From Octopus sinensis (lineage: Eukaryota), in assembly GCF_006345805.1 (NCBI RefSeq), contig NC_043012.1, positions 46,376,001 to 46,440,000 on the forward strand: a stretch of 64,000 bases of DNA. The letters are read 5' to 3'. Positions 41,599 to 54,559 of this stretch are shown one piece after another. The translations under genes and the position numbers were made by a program. The notes under the pieces were generated by a model that was given only the letters and a program-made list of their open reading frames with translations, was not told where the DNA came from and made no database searches. Position 1 is the stretch's first letter. Every line of letters begins with the position of its first letter.

Positions 41599-41641
<43 letters not shown>

Positions 41642-41676
41642 TTAATAATAATAATAATAATGATGATGATGATGAT

Positions 41677-41736
<60 letters not shown>

Positions 41737-41896
41737 TAATATTAACAATAACAACAATGAAAAATACCTTAGGAATGAAACCCTGGTTCGAAATTTCCCC
41801 AAGACACCTGATAAAGGCTGGAGTGTATATCAGCCGAAACGTTGTGTTAACAACAAACAAGATGAGGACAAATATCCGTCAAATGTAAATAATGTC
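41497..41896 (+). mobile_element. tRNA-derived SINE: tRNA-like head, (TAA)n body, hammerhead-bearing 3' tail
   Basis: A-box-like GGTAGCGGTTAAG (~41504), B-box-like GAGTTCAATTCC (~41544), (TAA/TGA)n 41568-41755, unique tail 41756-41896. Confidence 0.8.
41803..41848 (+). ncRNA. Minimal type-I hammerhead with G8A substitution
   Basis: GACAC-CTGATAA-A-GGCTG-GAGTGTATAT-CAGCC-GAAA-CGT-T-GTGTT; palindromic ACGT stem III and GUU triplet. Confidence 0.65.
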
Positions 41897-43038
41897 TTTC
41901 CTTTATGTTTGTTTTAACTGATATAAATTCTTCTAATTTGTTCTCGATGCAAAATCATGTTTCAACACACGATTTCACATCAAGAATCTTGTACAACAGA
42001 TACATAAATGCTATTACAAATTACCCTAGAGGAATAAAAAACGGTATAAGTGAGTGAAACAAAGGAATCGGGAATAAAGGCGTTAACAATATAAGGAAAC
42101 ACTGACCATGCTTCTGCATATTACACCAGTTTCTTAAAAAAATAGCGTTGTTCATGCATGTTCTTCTTTCAAAAAGATCATTTAAAAAAAATCTATCCTT
42201 AATGAAGTACTGAATCCATAAAAAAATCATCCAGAATTACACAAATTGCGTCTTTACATAATGCATTAAAGTTATAAATTGTAAGAATATAGACAAATGA
42301 GAAGTTATGATAGAATGGAATACTTGAAAATAGTATATTTACAGCTAAATGTTGTATCATATAGAAACAGGAAATGTATAAAATATTCAAGCGGCGTGTA
42401 TTTTTAAAATTAAAAAAATAGATTAAAAATAATATTGATGCTAAAGAATATCCTTTCCATTTTTCAACACATAGTGTTAGCTATTGGACATGTTGCCATT
42501 TTGCAGTTATGAACAAAATGCCATTGCTGTGTTATTTATTACCCAGCAGACTGTCTGAAAGAGAAGGCACTTACACTGAAACGAGCCGTGAATAGCTGTT
42601 CATACAAGGTTGACATTTCCAAGAAGAAAATTACCCGCTCGGAACACATTCACTCATACAACATTAAATTTAGCAAACACGTTTAGAGTTATATATTTGA
42701 TATGACGTATGATTCAAGTCTATCGATCTCTATTCAACGATATTTTATGATTAACATGCTTGAAATAATTGAGTTCTTCTAGAATTATTTGTCAGATAAA
42801 TCATACATTAAAAAGAAGGAATAAAAGAAAAAGATATTAATGGAGATGGGTTGCTATGCCGAAGTAACCAGTGCAAAAAATGAAGTGGCCATGTATTTCG
42901 TGTTTCTTAATACAGAAAATTAAAAATTAACGTAAATGAATTAAGATTACATGTTCAGCGTCCCGCTCATCCATATGCGACTGGTGGTCATTCATTTTTA
43001 ATAATACCATGTAATTTAAGGTTTTTGCCTCATGCGGG

Positions 43039-43460
<422 letters not shown>

Positions 43461-43954
43461 TTAGACCATGTGAAACTTATTAAGGAATTGCTTCATCCAA
43501 GGAAATACTGGTTCAATACCTAGTATTTTAAGGGAATGAATTTCTTTAAAATGATAGGTATATAAAAGCGTATAGTTCCATTTATAAAGAAAGGAAATGG
43601 AGATTAGCAGATTAGCATGTTAATAAATGCTTATAATTAAAAGCAAGTTGAACATCTTCACTTATAGCCGTTTCAGTTAATACTCAATAAACATTAAAAT
43701 TATATTTATGTCACATGAGCACAATATCCTCCGAGGAAAAAATATGTACAGTTGGATGTTATATGTTTGCTAATGAATTAATTTTAGTATAACATATAAC
43801 ATCCAAATGTAAATCTCTTCCCCTCTGATCATATTATGCTCCTGTCACATAAATGTAAATTTAATGTTTATTGAGTATTATCTGAAACGGCTGTAAGTGA
43901 AGATGATCACTTGGTGTTAATAGTAAGCAATTATTAACATGCTAATCTCCATTT

Positions 43955-44022
<68 letters not shown>

Positions 44023-44086
44023 CCGCGTGTGTACCGTTGGCGATTTTTCCTCCGTCTTCCTTTCTTTGGATCTTTCCTTTTCCTAT

Positions 44087-44121
44087 GTTTCTGACGAAGA
44101 GCTCGGCTCGAAACGTTAAAC
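44087..44121 (+). ncRNA. Minimal type-I hammerhead (copy 1)
   Basis: GTTT-CTGACGA-A-GAGC-TCG-GCTC-GAAA-CGT-T-AAAC; canonical core, palindromic ACGT, 4-bp stem I. Confidence 0.7.
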
Positions 44122-44249
44122 CCTCCTTCCTTCCTTCTTTACTGCGCGTCCAATAATACTATACTTGTTCCACGTCCTCGCGTTGTTGTGTATTCTCTTG
44201 GTGTTTTCATGTTTGGATTAACTGTATATACATATACATATATACCTAT

Positions 44250-44287
<38 letters not shown>

Positions 44288-44353
44288 GACCGCGTGTGTA
44301 CCGTTGGCGATTTTTCCTCCGTCTTCCTTTCTTTGGATCTTTCCTTTTCCTAT

Positions 44354-44388
44354 GTTTCTGACGAAGAGCTCGGCTCGAAACGTTAAAC
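44354..44388 (+). ncRNA. Minimal type-I hammerhead (copy 2)
   Basis: Identical motif 267 bp downstream. Confidence 0.7.
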
Positions 44389-44516
44389 CCTCCTTCCTTC
44401 CTTCTTTACTGCGCGTCCAATAATACTATACTTGTTCCACGTCCTCGCGTTGTTGTGTATTCTCTTGGTGTTTTCATGTTTGGATTAACTGTATATACAT
44501 ATACATATATACCTAT

Positions 44517-44554
<38 letters not shown>

Positions 44555-44576
44555 GTATACCTATATATTATTATAC

Positions 44577-44614
<38 letters not shown>

Positions 44615-44669
44615 CGTCTTCTACATGTTTTACGTTCTTGTCCCAGTTTGTATTTTTCTACATATACTA

Positions 44670-45519
44670 TATATAGCGACGTCCGTACCCTCGTTGGCCT
44701 TAGGTAAGTACATATTCCTGTAAATTTGGTACGACTCTACACACTGTCTCTCTCTCTCTCTCTCCTACATTTCTCTGCCTTTCACACTTTGCACTCTACT
44801 CTGATCTGTTCCCTTCTCCTTCTCTCTCTCTCTCTACTTCTCCTCCTTTTCTCTTTTCTTGCCTCTGATTCTTTGTTCTACTCTTCCCCCACTCTCTCAC
44901 ATTTCTCGGTCTTTCTCACTTTGCACTCACTAGCCAATCGTTGGTACGCACTCTTTCTTCTCCCCTCTTTAATTCCTTCTTTCTCTCTCTCTCTTTCCTC
45001 CCCTTTGTTGCCTTCGTCCCTCTTTTTCTCTCTCTCTCTCTCTTTGTTTCGTTTGCCCCTTTCTTTTCTCTCTCTTCTCTCACGTGACCGCTGGTCAAAT
45101 CAGCCTTTTTGGCCTCCGACCACTACCGTGAGAACATGGTTGTCTTCGTCTGCTGATAAAGGCACTTTTTCCAAATACGCCAGCTAAACTTGTTGTACTG
45201 TTTATTAGTCGTAAGACACCCGCTGTTTTTGTCCTGTTTTTACCATTATTGTTTTTTGTATTTTATATTCGTGTGGCATCGTCCGTTTTTCTGTCCCTGT
45301 TTCGTATACATTCGATCCTTCTTCCAAGAAATCTAATGCTCGTAGCTTAGTTTTTCCTTGGGGCTGGCCGAATCGGAGCGATCTCAAGATTAATCAGCCG
45401 AAAGTGCTAGGATGATCCGGTTCTTGACTGAAGATTGAAGGCTTCGAATGTCCCGTCCGTGTTTTTTGTATCGTCTTCTAAATGTTTTACGTTCTTGTAC
45501 CAGTTTGTATTTTTCTACA
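44670..45519 (+). mobile_element. Probable LTR (~850 bp) preceded by a duplicate of its last 50 bp
   Basis: Starts TATAGCGAC (TGTAG-like), ends TTTTCTACA, followed by GGTGACAAC. 44613-44662 matches 45470-45519 with 2 mismatches. Confidence 0.45.
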
Positions 45520-45566
45520 GGTGACAACAGTCTTGTATATCACTTATATTTTTAAAATGTGGCCAG

Positions 45567-46140
45567 TTGTCTAAAGGCAAATGCAAAATCAACCCGGACG
45601 ACTTCTGTTATATTTGTGGATGCTACAATTTACGCAGGCAACGAAATGAAATCGTAGATTGTGAGAAGAAAGCTTACCTTACTTACATTGGCATGAAACT
45701 GAGTGGTCAATAAGTTATCCATAAGTGGTCAGTAAGTTTCCAGCTTTGACTTGTGAGAAAATTAAGGTGTGTGCGTTCAACATTCCATAGGTTACCTGGC
45801 TATTGTTTTTGAGCAGTTTTCGGAGACAATGTCTGGTGTTGGAAAAAAAGCATGATATGATTTTGCTACAGCTGTGTCTGATTTCCTGGGAAACAAGAAA
45901 TCGTTGAATTGTGAAGAACTTGTGAGAGACCCAGTTAACGAGTTTTCAATCACTAAGCTGCAGCATGAGTGCAAAAGTACAGTTGCTGCACAGTCATCTG
46001 GACTACTTCGCAGAAAATCATAGCGCAATTAGTGATGAGAGATGACAATGATTCCGCAAAAACACCATGGAAACTAGGTATCAACGCAATTGGAACACAA
46101 ACATGATGACTGACTACTGCTGGTCTCTGCAAAGTGACTG
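45567..46140 (+). pseudogene. Internally deleted Chapaev3-like (CMC) transposase
   Basis: N-terminal CKINPDDFCYICG...KKAYLTYIGMKL.GQ joined to C-terminal FLGNKKS.N.EELV, LHSHLDYFAEN..AISDE and METRYQ.NWNTNMMTDYCWSL. The family assignment is from recalled motifs. Confidence 0.65.
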
Positions 46141-46839
46141 CCGTGATGCAAATTATTTATGCAATTAAACACCCAGACAGACTATAGAAAGAAAACAAGG
46201 ACGGGTCATTCGAATTTTTATTTTATTCTGGTGGACCCGCATAGCCATTCAATGTTTTAAAAGTAGTTTTATAGAAACTTCTTTCAAAATTCCTATTTTC
46301 CAATTCACACATAAATTTTTGTAGGGTGAAATTTTAGAGAAAAAAACCGAGCTCTTTCTTGCAATAGATACAAATACATACATCAAAAACAAAGTTTTTT
46401 TCAGCGGCCCTTAAAATACTATTGTGAATCTCTAAAATTTTGTTTGCGTTGGACCCCAAAATGTTATATGGATCCTCAGGCGCTATATGAACCCCTGTTG
46501 AGAACCTTTGGTTTAAACTACTTCGTTTTAATTATCTGAAATTATACGTAAGTAATCGCTATCTAAATGATCGGTATGTAAGGTAGATAATTTATTGGAT
46601 ATGAAGTGCCCCGGGGAATGCGTCTGCTCTTTAGTAATGCGTAGCGTATATTGTATGTTAAGGTATACCGGATTTCAACGAGTGTAGTGGAGAGAGATTG
46701 AAAAGTGCATGAAAGGAGAAAGCTAAATTCATTATTTTCATTGATTCTTCAGAAAACTTCATAAATGGTGGATATATATTTCTTTAGTATTCAAGTTACA
46801 TCTTTGCGAAAGAAACTATAATTATAAATTATTATTATA

Positions 46840-46895
<56 letters not shown>

Positions 46896-47166
46896 CATTT
46901 ATTTATTTATCTATTTATTTATTTTTGATTAGAGGCGAGATATACATGTTTGAAATAAAATAAAGGATTGAAGAAAATAATTAATATCTACTAACACAAG
47001 AGTTAGCAATCATGTCCATTATTTAATGATTTGTTATTCACAATTATGCATTAGAAAATCTGTGAAGGCACTACTCACATAAACACGCACACATGGATAC
47101 TCTCTTACACACACACTCACTCAAATCACACTACATACCCTCTCTATCTCTTCCACTCATTCTCTT

Positions 47167-47199
<33 letters not shown>

Positions 47200-48356
47200 G
47201 TGTTTCTTTGCCGCTCTCACACACAATTACACACACATACGCAATAGGTGTCAACTTGAACTTTTCTATCGCACCTTTTGCACATAAATATCAAATATTA
47301 AATCAGTTCTAAAATCAATATTGGTTTAACAAAAAAAAAAAAGAATTAAAATCCATGTAATAGTTTATAAAACTCGGCAAGAAATATTAGACACACATAA
47401 AAATCAAACAACAAGAGAGGACGTATGTTAAACATGAATAACTCAAAAGATGCTAAATTTGAAACACGTGGGAAGGTTTCTATTGAATAGGGTGGTATAG
47501 ATTAATGGTATTTATTACTGCCGAAAATGAATGGAAGATATGTATCGAGAAGAACCTACATAATTTAAACACATAAAGCTGGAGTACTATTTCACATCAA
47601 TTGCAGTAATAGATTTTCTCTTTTCTCTGTTCGACCATTTCGTTGTTGTTAGTGCAGCTCTTAATGCTGTGGATATTTCACTCGCAAAATCTGCTCTTAG
47701 TAACCTTCTTCGTTTGAAGTTACCTGCGTTTTAAAACTTAACAGTTAATTGTCCCATTATTTTGCTTTTATTGTCAGTGAATACATTTTCTGTCTTCGGC
47801 ATGGTCAAAATAGTGTTCCTTTCATGGTTTCCGCTGTTACGAAAAAATAAAAGAAAGGAGAAAACGAAAAGTAATGAATCTTTAGAAAGAGCGACAGTAA
47901 CGATTATAGTAGTATCCACAACAACAAAACATTAGTTGGCGAACATTTTCCCATTGGGTTTATAATGGAGACGCTTCTATAAATACGACACTTTATACAT
48001 CACATGAGAAATACGCATTAGCACTGCTTCAGATGAGCTGCAAGAATGAAAATTTCTTCTGCAATATTGATATAAATTCGTTCATTATCATTGCCATCAT
48101 GGACGTCATCCACCACTTCTTCCCCTACTCATCTCCCTACTCATTCTACTCTTAATCTTCATCAATGCAGTGAATGTGATCAAGCGTTCCTAGTGGTCAA
48201 AATCCTTTTCAACACACACACGCACACACAAACACACACACACACAAATGTCCATTCTTATTGATGAAAGCATCTAAGATTTCTAAAATTGACGGTCTTT
48301 GCCAAAATTCAAAACACTACTCTTCTTCTCCTTATTGCTGTTGTTGTTTTATTTTA

Positions 48357-48546
48357 AAGGCAGAATCGTTAGCACGCTGGACGGTATTTCCCCCGTCATT
48401 ACAGTCTGAGTTCTAATTCCGTGGAGGTCGATTTTGCTTTACATGTTTCCGGGATCGATAAGTTAAGAACCAGTTGCGTATTGGGTCGATCTAATCGACT
48501 GGTACCCTCCCACAAAATTTCAGGCCTCATGACTATAACAGAAAGG

Positions 48547-48617
<71 letters not shown>
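48357..48617 (+). mobile_element. tRNA-derived SINE with (ATT)n tail
   Basis: GGCAGAATCGTTAGCACG...GAGTTCTAATTCC...GGGTCGATCTAATCGACTGG...AGAAAGGATT(ATT)n. Confidence 0.85.
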
Positions 48618-48619
<2 letters not shown>

Positions 48620-49451
48620 TATGTTTGACTTTTGCTTTACATTTGCACAAGCTGGCTCCAAGTCTCACCCAGAGACCTCAAGAGACAACGGGTTGGAAGT
48701 TCATGTGGATGTTATTCCTAGGGTGCCATATATTTGGTTTTGTACTTAGTGTTGTACTAGTGAATGCCTAAAAAACCATACGAAAATTATGTTCGTATGA
48801 ATAATCAGTGAAATTTCTGTGAATTTACTATTTATTCGGCTAGAAGTAAGATTGTATTTCCTTCCTTAGTTGAGCCAGGCTTTTGCCGTGAATCTTTCCT
48901 AGTATAAAAACTTGCAATCACTTAGAAATTGAAGAATATGTGATCTCCGTTTATTTTCTAACAAACATGATATTAAAAACCTTGCGAAAGTCCATCAGAC
49001 ATTATTAGCATCTCATTAGATAAACACAGTAAAAACTCAATATGATTGTCGTATATTATTGCCAAAGGATTTTCTTTTAGTACCTCAAAAATATTTTATC
49101 TAGAAATTATACTATTTTTGTGTCTTAATTGAAGTTTGTTTTATGCGTTTTATATTAGCTAAATATATGAAAAAATATGTAATAGCGATAGAAGTATCAA
49201 TACCCAAAACTTAATATTTAAACCCACTTAAAAGTATATGTGCTAGGACGCAGAATACAACTTCTGTTATCATTAAGAACCTGCCGTATGGATTTGTGGT
49301 GCATTTACGCGCTCGTGTTTATATCTGTAGTGGGTGATTATCGTCCACGATCGCCACTGGAACTGCCAAGACTCGTGATATCGCCCTTCGTTGGTGTTTT
49401 CAAGAGAAGATATCTGCGTGCGGCTAGAGATAGCAGCGATGACTCTCTTAG

Positions 49452-49511
<60 letters not shown>

Positions 49512-49730
49512 CTTGATTTCGAAACGTACGTCCGTAGATAACTTAAAATTGTATGATAGATTGCCGTCAATTCATTCTATCTTACCTGTTTGTATCTGCC
49601 TTCCAATTGCTGTTTTTACTGAGATCTCCCTTTTTAGTAGAAGAAATAGCTATAACTCTTTGACTGCTATTTCTAAATTCGGTATGTGGTAAGGCATTCG
49701 TTGCTAAACCCTTTATTGCTTAGTATATAT

Positions 49731-49778
<48 letters not shown>

Positions 49779-51114
49779 CAGAGTCGATTGAGGCACTGGT
49801 GTTGCGAAGAACCAGTGAGCTTATGAAAGATAATTAGTGGCGAAAGAAGCAGTATTAGTAACAAAGAATGCTTTAGTTACCATGAGAAAACCTTTCTTAT
49901 TGACTTGAGGCGCATATAAGCACTCGTGTTTATATTGCTAGCTGTAGCCATTGACTACTGCCACTGGAAATATCAGGTCATGTGATTTCGCTCTTTCTTA
50001 GCCTTGTAAATGGTAGATATCCAAGGTTACAGATAGCAGCAATTCGTATAGAATCCCAGAGTTCATTCAAGTATTGGTGCCACGAAGAGCCAATGGGATT
50101 TTTCATGGAAAATAATGCAGTATTCTGCGTTCTAACGTGACATCCACTTTAAAGTGGGAACAAATATTTCCTTTTGGTACGAAAACTAATTCTGGCTCTA
50201 TTAATTATGTTTTAACAAGCCCACCAGTGCGTATATAACACACAAGTCCATATAAGAGATTCACTCGTGCTAAATAACACCGTATTCTATGTTCTAACAT
50301 GACATCCACTTCTAAATGGAGATAAACATTATGAATTATTGTTTTATTGAACACAGAAAACATTTTTTTCTGTTTGTAAAATTGAATAATAGAGAATAAA
50401 TGTGCAATTAATAAACATTGATATTTCTATGGAGTTTATTGCGTTAATGGTTGAAAATTGGTCATCTCTGAACAAAAAAAATGTTTATTTATTATTTCAA
50501 ATTTTTGTTCAAAACTTGTCTGTGCAAGTTATCAATACAAATTATTTCATAATAATATAACTATTTTGAAACAACATTTAAAATTTCGATATTTTTTCAT
50601 AACTTTTACAAATTTTATGTGTATTAGAAATTTTTTGAATTTTTAAAAAGTAAACTGCCAGTAGAGTTAACTCTTTATTACAAAATTGATATTTTTTTTT
50701 CAGAAATAAAATGGGACCACAATAACATTAAGGATTCCAAGGATGTGCGTGTAGTGGTTGGTTTGCATGAGCTAAAAATAATTTTCAGAACCGTTGATTT
50801 ATAAGGTACAGCTGACGAAGGCCATTATATTTCGCTTAAACGGATCTGTTCTTATATGTCATTGCGATTTACGTTTGTTTGTCACACAGCGTATTTACTG
50901 CGTTTATTATTTACCTAAAAATGTTAATGAACATAACAGACGATGTGGCGAGCTGTTTAATTCTATCCAAAGAATTCAGATTTGGTGATGTTTCACTGCT
51001 GGTGCGAATGTATTTTTAATTCTTATGCATGTTGATGTATTGGCTTTTCAATGATTTTATTGTCATGACTATAATACTCATCATATTTATCAGTAGTAAA
51101 CTTAACATTTCTAT

Positions 51115-51490
51115 TACTGGTTTGGAACTTTGGCATAAGGCCAGCAATTTCGGTAGAGAGGTTAAGTTGGGGGTCATCTCTACTGACACTTAATTTATCG
51201 ACCCCGAAAGGATGAAAGGCAAAGTCGACATCGGCGGAATTTGAACTCAGACGAAATGCCGCTAAGCATTTTTCCCGGCGTGCCAACGATTCTGCCGCCA
51301 CTCCGACTTAACATTTCTTAATATTGATTCAGGCAGAATCGTTAGAAAAATGCTTAGCAGCGTTTCGCTTGGCGTCTCTTTCTGAGTTCAATGTCTGTCA
51401 TGGTCGACGTTGCCTATAAAATAAGTACCACATGGTTACTGAAGTCGATGTACAAAAAATTGCTGGCATTGTGCGCAAATTGGAAACCAA
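51115..51490. mobile_element. Head-to-head pair of same-family SINEs (51115-51305 minus; 51331-51490 plus)
   Basis: GCTAAGCATTTTTCCCGGCGTGCCAACGATTCTGCC followed by its inverse GGCAGAATCGTTAG..AAATGCTTAGC. Confidence 0.75.
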
Positions 51491-52371
51491 TATTGATTTT
51501 AACCACCGGCAAAGTCTACATTAGTTGGGTAGGAAGAGTATAATCGATCAAACTGGCTTCAATACTTGGAATTTTACTACTTTTGTTCAGCTAACATGTC
51601 ATATTTGTCTACATTCAGACAACTATATACTTCCTAAAAATCAATACAACGTTAACATTATTTATTATTTTTTTTATCTTGGATTCCGTATGACTGTCGC
51701 GTAGCGGGATTTTCAATCTTCCCTTTCACATTAATAATGCTAGCGAAAATGGTAGACACAGTTTCAGTGCTACGACAGCTCCAGCTAAAAATAGTTAAAA
51801 TTCAATATTAAATAATGAAGTTATAGGAATGTTCATGCCAAAATTGTATATCTATCTAATATTGTTTTTTTTTTATTCTTCTCTTTATAATATATAGACA
51901 AGTTAAACTGTGACGCCAGAATTTTGCCGAAGGATTAATAACCAGAATATACTGAATAATAGATGATAAATAAATGTATTCTAATTCAGTTAGCTGTAAA
52001 TAGTTGGACACTTAAAACAATAAATTGATTTAAGTTTAAATTAATATAGTTCGCATTTATTCTTTTTTTACTGTGAGGGCTGACATTATAGTTAAATGAA
52101 TTCTGGCGACAACAAAAATAAATTAGAAACAAAGAACTACTTCTATTAACCCTCATAAACGGTATTTTTGTCTACATGCTAACGATGATAGAATCAGGAA
52201 CGAAACAAAATATGTAACAGGAATCAGTGCAAAGGAAGCTTTATTGCTGCATGGCTTACACTGGGATAACGGGATATATGGACATATATTCGAACATGCT
52301 TACATACATATATACATACATATATACATACATAAATGCATACATACATATATGTGTGTGCGCGAATGCAA

Positions 52372-52408
<37 letters not shown>

Positions 52409-52569
52409 GAGATACACACATCTATGAGATACGTACATACTTTATCGTTTTCAGTGGAAATTATTCCATGTTGTACGACAAACATACCCCTTTGAATTAA
52501 GGCAGAGGACATGCTTCAGCCATCCTTACACTTTCTGACTTTTGACTTTCAATCATAATTATTATGTGA

Positions 52570-52930
52570 AATAATAATTATTTCGTAGCGAAATCTTTTG
52601 ATTCCCATTTCGAAGGAACCTTGCATCGCAAAATTGCGCAGCGGACTTCTTAAAAAGGTGATGGTGTCTGTCTTTTTACCATGCAGTCCATCGAACCATG
52701 ACACAGACTCTTTGTAACTTAGTTGTAATAGTAACAGTCATAATCAATAAACTTGTCGAACACGTTGAGACTCTCTTCTTCATCTTTGCGAATATTATGG
52801 ATTTTTTACAACCAGATATAACGAGTATCAGATACATGTATCACTCATCAATGATCTTCCGTTGTCCTTACCTTTTGACTGTGTCTGACACATGAATATT
52901 CTTTCAAATCTGTCCGTATGTGGGCTCCCT
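52570..52930 (-). pseudogene. Possible very degraded mariner transposase fragment
   Basis: FDKFID..CYYYN*VTK...SMDC.VK.QTPSP loosely matches FLD.IITGDE.W.YYY.PETK.QSMEW. Weak. Confidence 0.25.
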
Positions 52931-53324
52931 CCATTTCGCCTCTTTTGAGTATTTTCTCTTTCGCACAACTACTTCGTTCTAACGACGGTTTTGTTTCTTC
53001 ATAAAGCACACGCTATCCTACATTTGAAAATCCTTTGAGCTCCGAATTCAGTTTTGATCCTAACACATTATTCTGTATATCAAGAATATAGTGTTATGTA
53101 AAAAAAAATTACCTCAGTTTACCCACTCAGTGAAACGTCAACCACCTGCATTTAAAACACCTAACAACAAATCAACACTGTTTTATGTGCCCTTTAAGTT
53201 GGAAAGAGAATATTACATGACTGTACCGATATCGGCTTTTGTCAATATCGTAAGATTACGATCACTGCAGAAATCTGGAAGACAATTTTGGGTGAAATAT
53301 ACTACCACATATTAACTCGCGGAA

Positions 53325-53920
53325 TTCTGTTCTTGATTCGACGGTCATTCGGAATGCTCACAGCAGCTATATTCCTACCTTTCTATGTCACGCTGGTTAG
53401 ACCCATATTGGAGTACGGGATTCAAGCCTCTTCTCCTTATCTCCTCAAAGACATACATCATCTCGAAAGAGTCCAGAAGCTGGCTACCCGCATGGTTCTT
53501 GGTCTGAAGCATTTGTCTTATGAAGAAAGGCTGAAGACGCTCGACCTCTATTCTCTAGAAAAACGCCGACGCCGTGGAGATCTCATTCTTGCTCACATCA
53601 TAAGCGGAATGTGTAACCTCTCGAAAGAGCTGTTCTTCACTCCTGCTCCAGAGTGTCGGCTGCGGGGTCACTCCGAAAAGCTCTATCTGCGACGATTTCA
53701 TCTCAATCGAAGGAAAGGGGCTTTCTCCGTCCTGGTTGCGGATCCGTAGAATAAGCTGCCAGACGAGATGGTGAAGATGCCGACGACCGCTCGGTTCAAG
53801 GTCTCCCTTGACCTCAAGTGGCCTGAACTCTTTACATGAACACCACCCTGTACATAACTCCATGTCCCCCTACATGGCCTTGCTTTTTGCTTTTTGAGCC
53901 AAAAAATTAACTAACTAACT
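53325..53920 (+). mobile_element. CR1 LINE 3' fragment with (AACT)n tail
   Basis: YVTLVRPILEYG...LERVQKLATRMV.GLKHLSYEERLKTLDLYSLEKRRRRGDLI...LRGHSEKL...KGAFSVLVADP*NKLP is the classic CR1 C-terminus. Confidence 0.92.
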
Positions 53921-54407
53921 CTTGTCAATTAGAGCCTCACATTCACTACTCAGCCATATTACTACTGAATTGTTTCAGAACCAGACAGTACTTCACTCGA
54001 TAACAACTAGATACAGTCTGCATAAATCAAGTCAGACGAATGACGATGCCACTCTCCAATACAATCAAGCCATTGCCCTATATAGTGTATGCTCTCTGAT
54101 TCTGCGATCAGAGTAACGATCTTCTTAGCTAATGGAAACTACCAGTTGTACTCATTTCCTTTCGACTCTTACGTTCGTCTCATCAAAGTTATGTCTAACT
54201 AACAGACTGAACCCTGAGTACTATGTCGAAATTCTTTTCACAATTGTGGAAATATAGAATTCTCTGAAATTATACATACTGCAGAGTTGAACTTGCTAAC
54301 ATTTAAGATGAATTTGAGCTACTTGGATCCTATCAGTCTCATAGGGTTTACAGAGGCTGTGGGCACGGTGCATTTCTTCCAGCCAAGCTAAGTGTATATA
54401 TTTACGA

Positions 54408-54443
<36 letters not shown>

Positions 54444-54559
54444 TCGTGCGCGCGCGTGTTTTGCAAGATTCTTGATGTGAAGTCGAGCTTTGAAACAAAT
54501 ATTGTTGTATTTGGGGATTGTCATGTTGCCAATTTCGCCAATGAAAGCACACGCACTAG

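Larger units (their letters stand above)
44021..44554 (+). repeat. Two 267-bp head-to-tail units, each with a hammerhead, embedded in (TA)n
   Basis: Units start GACCGCGTGTG at 44021 and 44288; the unique parts appear identical; each ends in (CA)n(TA)n. Confidence 0.93.

Noticed and set aside
45420-45460. CTGAAGA...TTCGAATGTC
   Set aside because: GAAU instead of GAAA and no stem I.
50807-50850. ACAG-CTGACGA-AGGC...GCTT-AAACGGATCTGT
   Set aside because: G12 is missing and the NUH position does not register with stem I; possibly a dead HHR but not supportable.
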